A DNA stretch of 64,000 bases from the human T2T-CHM13v2.0 reference genome, Homo sapiens: assembly GCF_009914755.1 (NCBI RefSeq), contig NC_060929.1; one strand, 5' to 3'. This document shows, piece after piece, positions 16,383 through 31,871 of this stretch; within the stretch, counting starts at the first letter, position 1, and each line of letters starts with the position of its first letter. Under the pieces are notes generated by a model. That model worked only from the letters and a program-made list of their open reading frames with translations. It did not search any database and was not told where the DNA came from. The position numbers and the translations under genes were made by a program.

Positions 16383-16681
16383 TTTTTTTTTTTTCTTTTT
16401 CTTTTGAGATGGAGTCTCACTCTGTTGCCCAGGCTGGATACAGTGCAGTGGCGCGATCTTGGCTCACTGCAACTTCCGCCTTCTGGGTTCCAGCAATTCT
16501 CCTGCCTGTCTCCCTAGTAGCTGGGACTACAGGTGCATGCCACCACACCTGGCTAATTTTTGTATTTTTAGTAGAGATAGGGTTTCACCATGTTGGCCAG
16601 GCTCGTCTCAAACTCCTGACCTCAACTGATCCACCTGCCTCAGCCTCCCAAAGTGCTGAGGTTACAGGCGTGTTCCTGGCC
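16383..16681 (-). mobile_element. Alu (AluS-like)
   Basis: Antisense Alu; TSD TCTCATCTCAT. Confidence 0.92.
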
Positions 16682-18476
16682 TCTCATCTCATTCTTACTG
16701 CAGTCAGGATCCCATCAGGAAAACAGAAACAGAAATCATGCCAAGTGTTTCAAACAGAGGTGATTTAATATAGGAGATCAGTTATACAGAGTCTGGAGGG
16801 CTGAAAGAGAAAAAGAAAAAAAAACAAACAAAAAATGGTGTTCAGGTACCTCTGGTATTTGTAGTATAGAAAGCAGCTAGGATTCTTAGGGCTGGAAGAT
16901 TAAAAAAGAGTAAATAGTGTTACCAGGACACCATTTCTTGGGGGAAGGGTCTCCACAGAGCAGATTTTCCAACCACCAATGTGTCACTGCACAGCTGGCT
17001 CAGCAACCTCTGAGGAGATGTCACGTGATTGCTACTTGGACTCCAGTGGTGAGTGCTAAGAGGGAACGTGGCAGTTCCTACTGGTACCTCTGAAGGAGCC
17101 ACTGTGGAACTAATGCTGGAAATGCTAAAATAAGCTGGAGTCCTACTTGAGTGCTACTGATGGAAGGACTTCGACCAGAACTGAAAACAGAAAGAGCATC
17201 CTTCTACCCTCCTATCACCCTCTGATTTCCTGCCAGTGCCTCCAGTCGGCAGAACCTAACCAGAAGCTAGATAGCAAAAAAGTCTGGGAAATGCAGTCTG
17301 CAGATTCCTGCCTCCAGTGTCACAGAGCAGAGTATAAAAGCCTGGGCTTAAGGCTGAGAGACAGACAGTAGGTACAATTACTCCGAGGCACAAATTCATT
17401 GAGTGAAATAACAGGCAGAATTTCCTACAATATTTATATTATTTTTCTTTCATTTTTTTGCCATAGTTGAATTCCAGTAAGTTAAATGTATGCATGCTAT
17501 GAATTCACTTTTTCTTGTAATCCCATAGTTCATTAGCCCAATACCCTGCTTATAGCATGTGATTAATGGAGGTATTGAATGGATAAATGAATGCCTTTTT
17601 GGCTTTTTGGTGCTAAGGGGATTTTTCTCTGATTATTAGTCCTGTTTAACTGCCATTGAGAAATGAGTCTAGAGAAAATATATAGGAACCTAAGGGTAAA
17701 CTTTGCTGTAATTCACTGACATTTCAAATGTACCTATCCAAACAGTTCAATTGGTTTCTATCCCCGGCTATCTCCTGTAACTCTCTACCTTCAGTTTACT
17801 CTGGAAAATCTCCACTGCAGCTAGCTACACTTGCATAGCCTAAGAGTGACATCCAGTGGCTTATAACTTAACCACTCATTGTAATACATCTGGAAATCTA
17901 ACCAGCTCTCCATTATCCTTTCAAATAAAAAGGAGGACAATATATAAAACTCTTAACAGAAGATGATACTTAGACAATAGTTCATTAGATTTACTTTGGG
18001 AGATTATTAAAATAGATTTGCCTATCTAGTTGTTTGAGATCTCATATTCAAGTTCATTTGTCTTTTTTCCTTTTCTGAGCACATGTCTGTTATAATTCCA
18101 GTGATGTCTGCCAATGTCATAGGCTGGTAGATAGAAAAGGAAAGTGGGGATAGATAGGACCAGGACTCAGAGAATTAACTGACTCTAGACCTGGCTTCCA
18201 AGACTAGAGGCTCATTACTTTAGGCTACCAATATTGGAAGCCTAAAAGAATGTGGGAAAGTCAGCCTAGATCCAAGCTTGAACTAATATCTAAAGGTTCC
18301 CAGTCTGGTCGTAGAGTCTGTCTGTCTAGCATTCCAGGCAGAGACGATCCTTAGCGTTAGGTGGGCTCTTCACTCATGGTCCCACAGGATCAGGCTACTC
18401 CAGGAGGATTCCTAGTCAGCAGCTGGAGCAAGGGAGCCTGGGATCAGCAAAATGTCACGGCAGCAATAAGTTGCCG

Positions 18477-18544
18477 TGTCTCAAGTTCAGGATGGTGCTG
18501 TCTCAAGTTCAGGATGGTGCTGTCTCAAGTTCAGGATGGTGCTG
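18477..18544. repeat. Minisatellite, 3 perfect copies of the 22-mer TGTCTCAAGTTCAGGATGGTGC
   Basis: Units at 18477, 18499 and 18521. Confidence 0.95.
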
Positions 18545-21500
18545 CATTCAATAGCAGGAAGCTGAAGGTGATTTTTATATGGAGCTCATGAAGTCAATCT
18601 CATTCTAGTATAGACACAGTCTCAAAAAATAAAGCAATTCCATATATGTTTTAAATTCTCCCCTTTCTTTCAATAGAATAGTCGAAGAAACCAATAACTT
18701 CATCATAACATCTCACACTTAAATGAACTAGGAATCTCTGTTTAGATGGACCTTAGCCTAAAAAATACTACCAATTCAGAATTCACAGTAGTTTCAATAT
18801 GTTCTCCTGCTCAAAGGAATTCATCTCAGACAAGCTCCTTCCCCATTTAATAATATTTTCCAGAGGTAACCCAGCAAAAATGTATTTATTTGTAAATATG
18901 CAGCAGTGACTTCAAATGAAACCTCATGGTGGCTATAGTTAGAACTATTCAGACATCTCTGTGATTTGGCTAGATTGTACTAAGAGTGACTCATGAATAT
19001 AATTAATTTACCTTATGATGTCAATAGTGGTAAGAGATGTGTTGTACCTTCCTTCCACTTAATCAAATCCCACAGGGAAGTGAGATATATTTTTCAAACT
19101 ATGAATTCTGTAAGGAAACAGTTTCCACAAAGTCTACTTGCCCATTACACCAAAGTGATGGGCAGGTTTAGTGTCTCCTATGGAAATTTCCATGCATTTT
19201 TAGAACATATGGAAACTGCAAGGCAGAGCTATGAAAATTCAGAGATGCTTACAACATCAAAACATTCTTTTCCTCAGTGAGAATGTGCTGTCATATGACA
19301 ACGAGCAGGAGGAGGATAGTGAACTTAGCTTTTATCAAGGTACTTATTACTGTGGAAAATAGGAGGTCTCAGGAATCAGGTGTAAATAAGTTCAAAGTAC
19401 AGACTCAAATGATGTTTTAATTATCAGTAAAAAGGGAAATGTTGGAAACTTAAATAGAAACTAGATGATATACATATTTCACCTTTTCCAATTAATCAAT
19501 CTAACGACAGCTGGTTGGCCAAGAGAGTATAAGGTAGACTTTTCAACTAAAATAGATACATCTTTGTTAGTATTTTGTCTAGTGTTTTTTCCCCAGAAAT
19601 GCTTTTGCTAGGACATCATATTTTAATAGAAAACAGATTATGTGTCTCAAATCTAATCAACAAATGCAAGAACTTTCACTTACCCCCTCTAGTTTATTGT
19701 CCACGGGCAGCCTGCCTTTGTGCTTTGTTTACTTAACCTTGTGCATTTCCTACCAAAAAGGAGAGCAGAAGAGATGGAATATATCTGGGAAATGCTCCAG
19801 AACTCGAAATGCCTGAGTGGCTTATTCTGTGTGATGGCAGACTTGGTGATAACAGAAGATACTATTTTCGGGAGACCCCTCAACATCTCCACTGCTGGTT
19901 CACATCTGACTGCAACTCACTTTACTGCACTCACTGCTCACTGGCAGAGCCCCCTTCGGGTGAGAAGACTTGTCCTCATAACCCCCTTGTCTCATGAGCA
20001 GGGAAGATTTTCATGGGGGAGACTCACAAGAATCTATAAAGAGGTCAAAGTTATATTGCAGAAATTGACTTTAACTCAGTGATAAGACTTTTGAATTAAT
20101 TTCCATCTTTGTGGAGGGTGAGAAAGGTCATTAGTTAAATAGGCAATGGAGAGTTAAAATACAGGAAAAAATGTATTTGACTAAGTTGTAGGGTGGATGT
20201 AAAAATGAAAGGAGGCTTGTAACTGAATTTCTCTTAAACACCTGATTTAGACATTCTATATCAGTTTGCCTAAAGGACAAAGAACAAAATGCAGTATCAA
20301 ATATTCATTAAAGATCCAGTAAAGCATAGATTGTTATTGAGGTATAAATAGAAAGAATATTTTCTAGGAAAGCAGAATACAATTCTACCTACAAGCTCAA
20401 ATTCTGTTTTCTCTGAAAATTATCATGGAGTCAGGGTCTCACAAAAATGGTCCCTTTGTATATCCAGGTGAGGACTCTCATCTGGTTCCCAAGAAAGAGA
20501 AGTGTTCATATTAAATAACACTCGGTAACATATCCCCTTTTCACTCCATGCCTAAGGCACCCAGATATGAATTTCTGCTTGCATTTACAGCAAATCAAGA
20601 TAAAAATACTTCACTGTTCAGATATTTTAGCTGTCTGTACCCAGTTAAGGCACCCATCTAAATGAGGCACTTAATATAGATATGTGTGACCTTGAACAAA
20701 TGACATCTATGTTGAGTTTCAATATTGCTCAAAAAGTGAATATGTTGCAGTGGAAGGGAAAAACATAGTAAGACTAGTAAAAGCAAAATGAGTAAAGTTT
20801 AAAATTTTAGGAAAAAAAGTATAAGTTGATGACATCTTTGAATAAACAAAATAAGATAGAGAAGATGTGTTCATGTTCTTGTGACCACAAGAAAAAGCAT
20901 AACCAACAGCACTATTAGGATTCAACCAACAAAACCTGAGGAGGTCCCAGTGAGAGAGAACTCTGGTCCCTACTCCCAATCCCCTGGGCAAAAGGACTTC
21001 CTAGGCATGCTAATTGCACCATTATAAGACAAGTCAAATACAAACGAAATAAACAGTAATTTGGGTCATAGCAACATCTGGACTAGCAAACTCCTTCTCA
21101 GAGACAAATCAGGGGAGGAGTATTGGAGAGTCCGGGAAACAAAGAATGAGATCACGGTATAAAAGATAAACTGGGTTTGAGGGCTCAGGCATTTCTCAAG
21201 TCCTGAAGACATACCTGTTATACCATGCTCTGAATTCAGTCATGGTCAAGGTAAATAATTAACCTAATGCAATAGGCCTCCTCTTACCTGAATGATAACA
21301 CTGTGCAATGCGCATGTCTTTTGACCCAGAGAATGCATTTTTAGGGCTCTATCTTACAGAAATATTTGCAGATGGACACTTGCCATAAACAAAGATTTCC
21401 AGTGCAACATTATTTATAATAATCAAATTGGAGTAACTTAAGTATCCAAGAACAAGGGAATATTAAATAAATTATGGTATGTTTATATTAGGAGCAAAGT

Positions 21501-21785
21501 GGAACGAAGCCTCCAGAATTCGCCTGCTTGGGTTCATAGCTCAGTTCCACTGCTTACTAGCTGTGTGACCTTGGTCAAATTGCTTAGCTTCTCAGTGATT
21601 CTGTTTCCCTCAAATGTAAAAAGAAGATGATAAGATTTTCTTCTTTGTAGAGTTTTGCTGTGAAAATTAAATGAGGTACCACTCTTAAAGAGCCAGAACA
21701 CTGCCTGACATAACAGGTACACAATTCATGTTAGCATGGTTGCTATTTTGAACCTACTATCATGTAGCATTTAAAAAGACTAGGG

Positions 21786-21892
21786 GTGCTCGCTTTGGCA
21801 GCACATATATTAAAACTGAAACAATACAGAGAAGACTAGCATGGTCCCTGCACAAGGATGACATGCAAATTCATGAAGCATTCCATATTTTT
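21786..21892 (+). pseudogene. U6 snRNA processed pseudogene (full length, 5' part of a U6/L1 chimera)
   Basis: GTGCTCGCTTTGGCAGCACATATA...ACAGAGAAGA...TTCCATATTTTT; 107 nt with 11 substitutions versus U6 as recalled (6 at CpGs); fused directly to L1. Confidence 0.95.
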
Positions 21893-23594
<1,702 letters not shown>

Positions 23595-25577
23595 AAAAAG
23601 ACTAGGATCCAACTACAGCTCCTCCCATGGAAAACTTTCTAAAGTATACTGTGAGGTAATAAAATGCTGCAAAACAATACGTAAAGGATGATCCTCTTAA
23701 TTTTTTGAGTTCATGTAGGCAGATGTGCATCTGTATGTGTACAAATGCATAGAAGAGAGTGTGGAAGCACCAGGCAATAGCAACAATCATCTCTAGAGAA
23801 GAGAATGAGTAATCTGATGACCAGAAGACCTGAAAGGAGATCTTCACTTTCTTCCTCTCTGTATTTCTACATTTGGGGAGTTGTTTTACAAACCTACATC
23901 TATATGTTTGTAAAACATATGTCTACAGATACACATATCTACAAACATATATCTATATATGTTTGTAACACAACTCATTCATATATATATATATATATAT
24001 ACTTTTAAATATACGTATTTTTGAAAATCAGTAGATAAGTAAAGGATCAACAAGAACAGTGAAAAGAAGTCTGAACACGTGAATGTTTGCAGTGTTTCAA
24101 AAATCTGTTTCTAAGGAAAGGAGATGTAGGAATTCTCTGTTTATTAAGGTCAAGGGTCTAATACAAGGACAGGACTACAATGAGTCAGATGAGGTGCTGA
24201 GTATGAAAAACTTTAACAGGCACCCACCTTCAGGGCCATGACATGCACAACCCTTAGGCTTGGCACTGATCTAACCTTACACTGAAAATGTCACCAAAGT
24301 CAAAGCACCTGCTTCTTAGCAGCCAGTATTGCACAAAGCTTTTGCTCTGACCATATAGCATAGACTTCTTTCTCTCCTCACCTCTTTTTACAAGACAAAA
24401 ATAGTAATAATAACAATTTATTTTTAACATCTGGAGTTTAAGTCTGAGGTATCCCATGTACCGTCTCCCAGAATGCAGACTGAACAAGTCTCTCTCCCTC
24501 CTTATTCAGTCTTCCCTTTGGGGATGTCATTCTGAGAAAAGGAGATTGTTTAGGGGCAGGAGAAGAGTTTCTATGAGTCTTTTAAAGTACTTGAGTACTG
24601 AGATTTGGACTCTTAAATGCTTTGACAGGAAATTTACCCTCTTTCTTTAGCTAGTGTGGTATCAGCATAATAATTTGTAAAATTAGCTGGGGTTACGAAT
24701 GCAGTAGGACATTGATCCAGTGTGAAATGCAATAACCAAAACTAGATGATATTTGCCTGAAATGCCCCAGAATGCCCCTACTGGTTGGCTATGGAAGACA
24801 TCCATTTTGATTAATCGGTAACCATGCCTTACTGTTTGTAAATAACTTTGAATATTATCCCTGGGAAAAACTAAAACTATGGTTCAATGAATAGTTTCAT
24901 GCTTAATCTACTAGCTGAGCTGATACCTATAGATATTAAAAATGGTATTTTAGTCCTCTTAACTGGGTGGCAGCTTTGAATGACAGCTAACCACTAGCTG
25001 GCAAAAGTTCCTGAATATGACACACCGAATCATCTCCCCCCAAATCATGCATTTATCAAGTGTAGGCATTCATTACCCAACGGAAATTGTTCCCAGATAA
25101 AGGCCACATGACGTGGTATAAAAAGGAACCAAAATTTCCTAATAAATGAGAGGGGGTGGAAAAGTGATTGGGGTTTTATTTTAGAAAATGAATTTTTTAA
25201 AAAATGAAGTTACTTCTGTTTTTATTTTATAATTTACAAAATTTAAGTTATAATTGCCTTAGAATTATTAGGACAAAAAAGAATCAGCTTTTAATTGTAT
25301 TTAGAGAAACAAAATTTGTCTAATAAATTGAATGGAAGTGAATACAACAGCCTTCATTTCAAGACAGTTTATCTGAGTGTTTTGTAAAAATAGGGCAGTT
25401 AACAATTTTTTCCCAAGGACATCTCTTAATCGTTTGATAGCCAAATCATTCTCTTTTGAAACATTATAATTACTGTGTTTTTTTTATTTGTTAGCTAGCC
25501 TACCCTCTGATCAATAGATCTGAGTAGAAATCAAGCAGTTCTCTAAACATCATTTTCATTGATGTCATTAAATTTTG

Positions 25578-26566
25578 CTGCAGTAAGTAGAATTCTAAGA
25601 CAGCTCCCAAGATTCCTGCCCCCTGGTGTACATGAACTGTGTAATTTCCTCCTCATGAGTGAGAGTGGGGACTGTACACATGACAGGATAGTCACACCTG
25701 TAATATGTTATTCTTTTTGTAAGTCTCTGTTGTAGCCAACTGGCGTGAGCTCCTCTTGTTGGCCTTGGAGAAGCAATCTGCCATGTGTGAACTGCTGATA
25801 CAGTTTGGGTATTTGTCCTCTCCAAATCTCATGCTGAAATTTGATCTCCAGTGTTGAAGGCTGGACCTAATGGGACGTGTTTTGGTCATGGAGACAGATA
25901 CCCCATGAATTGCTTGATGCCATTCTCCCAGTAATGAGTTCTTACTCTATTCATTACCCCAAGATCTGATTGTTAAAAAGAGCCTGCCACCTCTTCCTCC
26001 TTCTCTCTTGCTCCCTCTCTCGCCATGTGACATGCCTGCTCCCCTTCACCTTGCAGCATGAGTAAGGCTTCCTGAGGCCTCACCAGAACCCAAGCAGATG
26101 CTGGTTCCATACAAGTACAGCCTGCAAAACTGTGAGCCAAATAAATCTCTTTTCTTTATAAATTACCCAGTCTCAGATATTCCTTTATAGCAATGCAAAA
26201 ATGGACTAAGACAACTGCCCATGGAGATGGTCATGTGCAAAGACAAGAGGGTAGCCTCTAGGAGCTGAAAATGATCCCTGTTGACAACCAGCAAGGAAAT
26301 GGGGACTTGATTCCTATAATCACAAGGAACTGAATCCTGCCAACAACTAGTATGTTTGAAAGACAACTGCAAATCTCAAATGAGATCAGAGTCCCAGCTA
26401 ACACTGTAATTTCAGACTCACGAGATTCATGAAACCCTGAGCGGAGGACCCAGCTAATCCATGCCAGGGCTCCTGCCCCATGGAAATTGTGAGAGAGTAA
26501 ATGTGTGTTGTTTTAAGCCACTAAGTTTGTGGTGATGTCTTATGCAGCAATAGAAAGCTAATATGC
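25578..26566. mobile_element. MLT1E/F-like LTR interrupted by an MST LTR
   Basis: AGAATTCTAAGACAGCTCCCAAGATTCC...; 3' part TGTTGTTTTAAGCCACTAAGTTTGTGGT...CAGCAATAG. Confidence 0.7.
25796..26213. mobile_element. MST (MSTB-like) solo LTR nested in the MLT1
   Basis: TGATACAGTTTGGGTATTTGTCC...AAATGGACTAAGACA; perfect 5-bp TSD ACTGC (25791-25795 / 26214-26218). Confidence 0.87.
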
Positions 26567-27072
26567 TTGCATTTTTTAAGTATTTATATTATTTGGTTAA
26601 ATGTTTAGAGAAGCTCTCTATTATAAAAGATTGGCAGAGTTGTTGGCAAGCTAATTAGCATAGAATGTGTTTCTGAGTGAGAACAAATTTTATAAATGGG
26701 CAGCTTATTAACAAATATTTTATTGGATATTTTAATTCTCTATGATTTTTGCTTCCTTAAATAACCCTGTAACTATAAGTCAAGGGACATGAAAACAAAG
26801 ACTCTTTCCCCACCTTTAAGATAGAATCCCTACCCTTAAAATTTTTTGATTTACACTTTCAACAATGACAAAATAGTGTGTTTAAGATAATCTCTGTGCC
26901 TACTCTTTCTTCTTTCCCCTCACTTTCACAGGTTTTTATCCCAAGGGAACCCTTTAATACACATCCTATACAACACACTGTCTCAGAGTCCTCAGAGCTG
27001 GCATCCCAGGAAACCCAAACTGCAAACCCAAACTTCTACAATGAATTCATGTGCAACTTATTCTAAAAGATC

Positions 27073-27075
<3 letters not shown>

Positions 27076-27109
<34 letters not shown>
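27076..27109. repeat. (AC)n microsatellite
   Basis: Direct reading. Confidence 0.95.
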
Positions 27110-27111
<2 letters not shown>

Positions 27112-28720
27112 CCTGTCCTATTGCTCTTCACTACTTCCTTCATCTCTGTGCTACAATCTGGGATCATTTTTCTTCCCCTTGAGTAATTTATTATGTTTTT
27201 TACAGTGAGTCTGTTGCTCAAAAATTCTTTTAGTATTTATTTGTATAAAAAGTCTTAATTTTGTCTTCATATAAAATTTTGTTTGACACTCTATTATAAA
27301 TTGACTGTTATTCTCTTTCCATGTTTTCCGGACATAGTTCCATTGTCTTCTGACTTCCATCATTTATGTTTAGAAGTCAGTGTTGTTTTTAGTTTCTTTG
27401 TGAGTAATTTGTCTTTTTTTGTCTACTTTTTTTTTATTTTGCAATAGTTTAAAAGTATAAAAAATTTGTACACAAACACAACAAACTAAGCAATATACAT
27501 ATGTCCTAGTTTTATAAATGAATAATAATTTATTGTAAATTTAAGTCAGTCTTAAAATCTCTCAACCATTCTATTTTCTCTTTTTATATCTTTCTTAGAT
27601 TAAATATTTTTATTATTAAATTTTCTTTCTCTATTGTCTCATTAGTCATACATTCTTACCTTAAAGTGGTTTTCCTGGAAATCACAATATTCATTCTTTA
27701 TGTATCCAAGTCTAATATAAATGAGTATCTTGGCCACTTCCCAAGAAACTCAAAGATGTGCAAGCATTTTAACTCTATTTACCTTTCTCCTGCCTTTTTA
27801 CTTTCATGTTACTGTCTGTGTTCAGATATATATTCCATTAGAGAAATTTGTCCATTTTCCTATTGAGTTGCCTCTTCTCCTTATTGATTTGCAGCAACTT
27901 TTTTTCATCTTTAATATAATGGACATTAGTCCTTTATCAGTTTTATGTATTGCAAATATTTTCTCCCAACCTATGCTTTTCTTGTTTTAATGGCTTTATT
28001 GAGGTATAATTGACATATAATAAATTATATATATTTATGTGCACAAGTATGTATACATAATGTGTACAATTTTATGAGTTTTGACATATCTATACACTCA
28101 TGAAACCATCACCACAATCAAGATGCTGAACACATGCATTATCCCCTCAAGAGTTTCTTCATGTTCCTGTGTAATCCATCCCCCATCGCCCTGCCTCCTC
28201 TCCATCCCCATTCACAGGCACCCACTGGTATGCTTTCTGTTGCCATAGATGATATTGCATTTTCTAGAATCTTATATGAAAGGAATAATACAATATGGAC
28301 TCATTTTTACCTAACTTTTTCACTCAGCATAACTATTTTGAGGCTTATCCATGCATGCTGTTGCCTCATCCCTGCTTATTATATTGCAGACTAGGAACTC
28401 ATTGCATGAACATGATAAAAATTGTTTCTTCATTCACATGTTGATGGACATTTGGGTTGCTAACATTGGATATCATACCCTTTTTAACTTTAGTGGGTGT
28501 GAAGTGATATCTCACTGTAGTTTACATTTCCCTGATGACTAATGTTACTAGGCACTTTTTTGTGTACTTACTAGCCAAAGTGTTTACACCTTTTGCCCAT
28601 TTTTTAATTGAGTCGTTAGCCTTCTTACTGAACTGTAAGAGTTCTTTGTATATTCTCAATATAAGTCCTTTGCCATATAGATACATAGATAATATTTTTC
28701 CCAGTCTGTGACTTGTCTTT
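27110..28720 (-). mobile_element. Old L1M-type (L1MB/ME) fragments
   Basis: CTTTATTGAGGTATAATTGACATATAATAAA...ACCATCACCACAATCAAGAT...GATGGACATTTGGGTTG...TTTCCCTGATGACTAATG are antisense L1M 3' motifs. Confidence 0.7.
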
Positions 28721-31700
28721 CAAAGGGTCTCTTTTCTTTTCTTTTTTCTTTGTTGCTTTTCTTTTCTTTTTTTCTCTACATCTCAGCCGCAGCAAATCGT
28801 GCTCTGAGAGTTATTGAGTAAATCTCAGAATCCAAGCTCAACTGTTTATGCTATTATTTGAAAAAGAATAATTACTGTTCTGTGTTTCCACCAGTGAATA
28901 TTTACACAATATCTCCCTGATGTCAAATAAAATACTGTTTAGCACAAAGGGCTTTTATTTCATTGTCATAAAGTTGTTGGCTTTATAATACAAGCATCTC
29001 AAAAGTAGTGACGTTGTTAAGCTGGAAGCCTGTGACTGATTTAAAGTTCATAAGTTATCAGCTGTAATTAATAAATTGAGCTCATTCTCCAAAAAACATT
29101 TTCAGAGACTATCAAAAAACAAAGACACTCTTAACTTGCAATATTTAATTTGAGGCTGCTACTGCGGCTTTTAGCTAAATTAGGCCTGTGTGAAAGCAAT
29201 TCACTTCATTACCAGGGTCCTTCAAATTTTCCTCCACAATATCACTGATTTCATACTTGATTCACATAATTGTCCTTCAAAATTTAGGGCATGTCCAAAA
29301 AGTCCTTCCAAAAGCCAGCTAAAAGAATTTGCTCTCTGGCATCAATTGCAATAATACTCCTGTAGGGAGGGAATCAGAGGAGAGAGAGACCAAGATGAGA
29401 GGGAAGAACATTGTCCTCCAGAAACTGAGTTCTGTAAGGCAGAACAAGATGACACGGGGGGACTTTCAAAAACTCTCACAGTACAAGAATCCACTTCAAT
29501 GAAAGATACAAATCCATTGGGCAGGACAATAATTGGAAGTGTAATATTAATATTAACTAGCATGCTTTATTCCCCCTTCAGTCTTCCTTAGCTGGTACTC
29601 ACTGCTCACAGTTTAGGCATCTAAATGTAAAAATGCAAATAATGACGAAAGAATTAATCTCTTGGATTCTAAACCTTAAAAACCAAGGACTAGACAGGCC
29701 TAAAGAATAAAATTAGTTTCTCCCTCCCAACTTTCACCTCCCCACCCATTGCTGCACACTGACAAGATCATTCTTGGAGCTGATATTCTCAATTAAAGAA
29801 GAGTGAAGATCCATGATGACAGAATGCAGTCAATGATTTCAGATAGGATCCTAGATGAGAAAGAAAACATTCTAAGAAGGGCATTGCTAGGACAAGTGAA
29901 AATTGTTGTATATGTATGTATATTGGTAATAGCATTGCATCGATACTAAATCCCCAAATTTGATAAGGTAGAAAAATGCTTTATTCTATGGAGACAAATG
30001 ATGAAGTATTTCAGGGTGAAATGTCATGATGTAGGTAACTAACTCCATTGATAAAGGGAAAAAAGAGAGAGAGAGGATAGAGAGAAACAAAGCAAATGAG
30101 ACAAAATCATAACCATTGCTGTATCTATATAAAAGGTATACAAATGTTCATTATATTAGTCTTACAACTTTTGTGAAGGTTGTAAGACTTTTTGAGGTTT
30201 TTCAAAGCTAAACACACTTTTTATATGGGAGACAAGAGAATCAGAAAGAAAAACTAAATAGTGAGATGCTTGTCGGGGACTCTCAGCAAAGGAGATAGTG
30301 TTTGAGCTAGTGTTTGTTGCAAAAGGAAAAGTACATGCCAGAGTATGTTTGGGAAAACGATGGTAGAGGGAATTTGTACCCCACTTCTCACCTGGATTCT
30401 TGGGAGGCAGCAACCTTGCACAGAGGAATAAGGTAAAGAGGGCTGCATGGGATGTTGAGGGCCAAGAGGGCTGAGGGCAGCCAACCACATCACCCAAGGC
30501 TTTGCATCATTTCCCAAACTGCAGAGGAATTAGTGAATGGCTGACAGTGGGCTTCTCTCCCTGACGCCATGATGCTACCTGCCATTCCAGGAAGAAGGGT
30601 AGAGAGAAAAAAATGCTCAAACTACTGAGTTTAATCTGGAAAGACTGATCTCACCCACAACTGACTAATTTGATTCCACTCCACTAAATTTATTCCACAG
30701 AATGGGGGCTCTGGATTGATATGAAGTTCAGTGCTTAAGAAAAAAAAAGGGAGTATTACATTTTTTATATACCCGTGTTTCTGCGGCATGAGAGTCTATA
30801 CTCACAGCAATATTTTCTAGCAAACACATATTGTTTGGAGAGTAGTAATTTATTCTCTACTTTGAACACTGGTAATTTAATCTGTATTCTCTTCCCAGGG
30901 ATCCCCTGTGATCAGCATTAATGGACTGGGGCGAGAACAGAGAAGGTGACTTCACATTTATGAATATCAAATAATGAGGGCTCAGCTTTTTGCCTTCCAG
31001 CAGTCAAGTTCTTCTTCTGGGAAGTGCCTCTCTGTCGGGGTAACAAACATTTTTAAGTTGACTGATACATTTTAAAAGTAGTATGTAGAAAGGCTTTCTA
31101 AAATCAAAATCCAATTTTAGTGATTACATAGTTGTTTCCTTAAGCTCAGGCAAGGCACTTTGTATACTCATAGAATTTTGGAAGAATTTTACAGTTATAA
31201 TTGTCAGCTTAAATTGTGTTTGAATGTCAGTCCTCTTTTAAAGAAAGAAAAGACAAGAAATATTCCTTCTACTTTGTGTCATTAAGCTGGATTTTTACTT
31301 GGCAGCACTCAAGGTGGGGATTTTGCAACATTAAGATAACAATCTCTTCTCTGTAGATTTTTAGTACCCCAGGGATTCAAAGATCAAGTTGCTTAGAGAC
31401 CCCATGGAATTTGCAGAAAAAGCAAACTCTAATCTTGACATCTGTAATTAATGTTTTTATCTTACTCCTAAAGTTTAGTTTGCTGGCAGCTTAGCTGCTC
31501 TTTGGAGCGGAATAAGGCTCTTTCTACACCACGTCCCACATGACTTTCTATCCTGAGAGTGGGGTGGGGAGCTCTGGGGCTCTCTATGGGCTCTTTTCTC
31601 TTGGGCTCAGTGTCAAGCTCTTCTTCTAGTTATGTAGTGGTTGCATATATGCCTAGGTTTCCTTCCAATCAATCGTGCTGCAGGTTTCCTAAGCTAGGCT

Positions 31701-31786
31701 AATGCTTGCCTTGTTTCCAGTGCATTTTATATTGGGCTCACCGACCAATACATATGCATGCGTAGAGCACAGGATCAATTGTAGGT

Positions 31787-31871
31787 TGTGAAAATATCTG
31801 TATAACATATTACTCAGTGAAATGTGAAAATATCTGTATAACATATTACTCAGTGAAATGTGAAAATATCT
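31787..31871. repeat. Tandem duplication, about 2.4 copies of the 36-mer TGTGAAAATATCTGTATAACATATTACTCAGTGAAA
   Basis: Units at 31787 and 31823, partial at 31859. Confidence 0.95.

Noticed and set aside
18477-18544. Short repeats here and at 31787 and 39126 as CRISPR-like arrays
   Set aside because: Units are head-to-tail or have self-derived spacers, there are no cas genes, and the DNA is human.
21786-21892. Functional U6 snRNA gene
   Set aside because: Eleven substitutions with CpG decay, fusion to L1, TSD, and upstream MIR/L1M sequence with no evident PSE/TATA arrangement.
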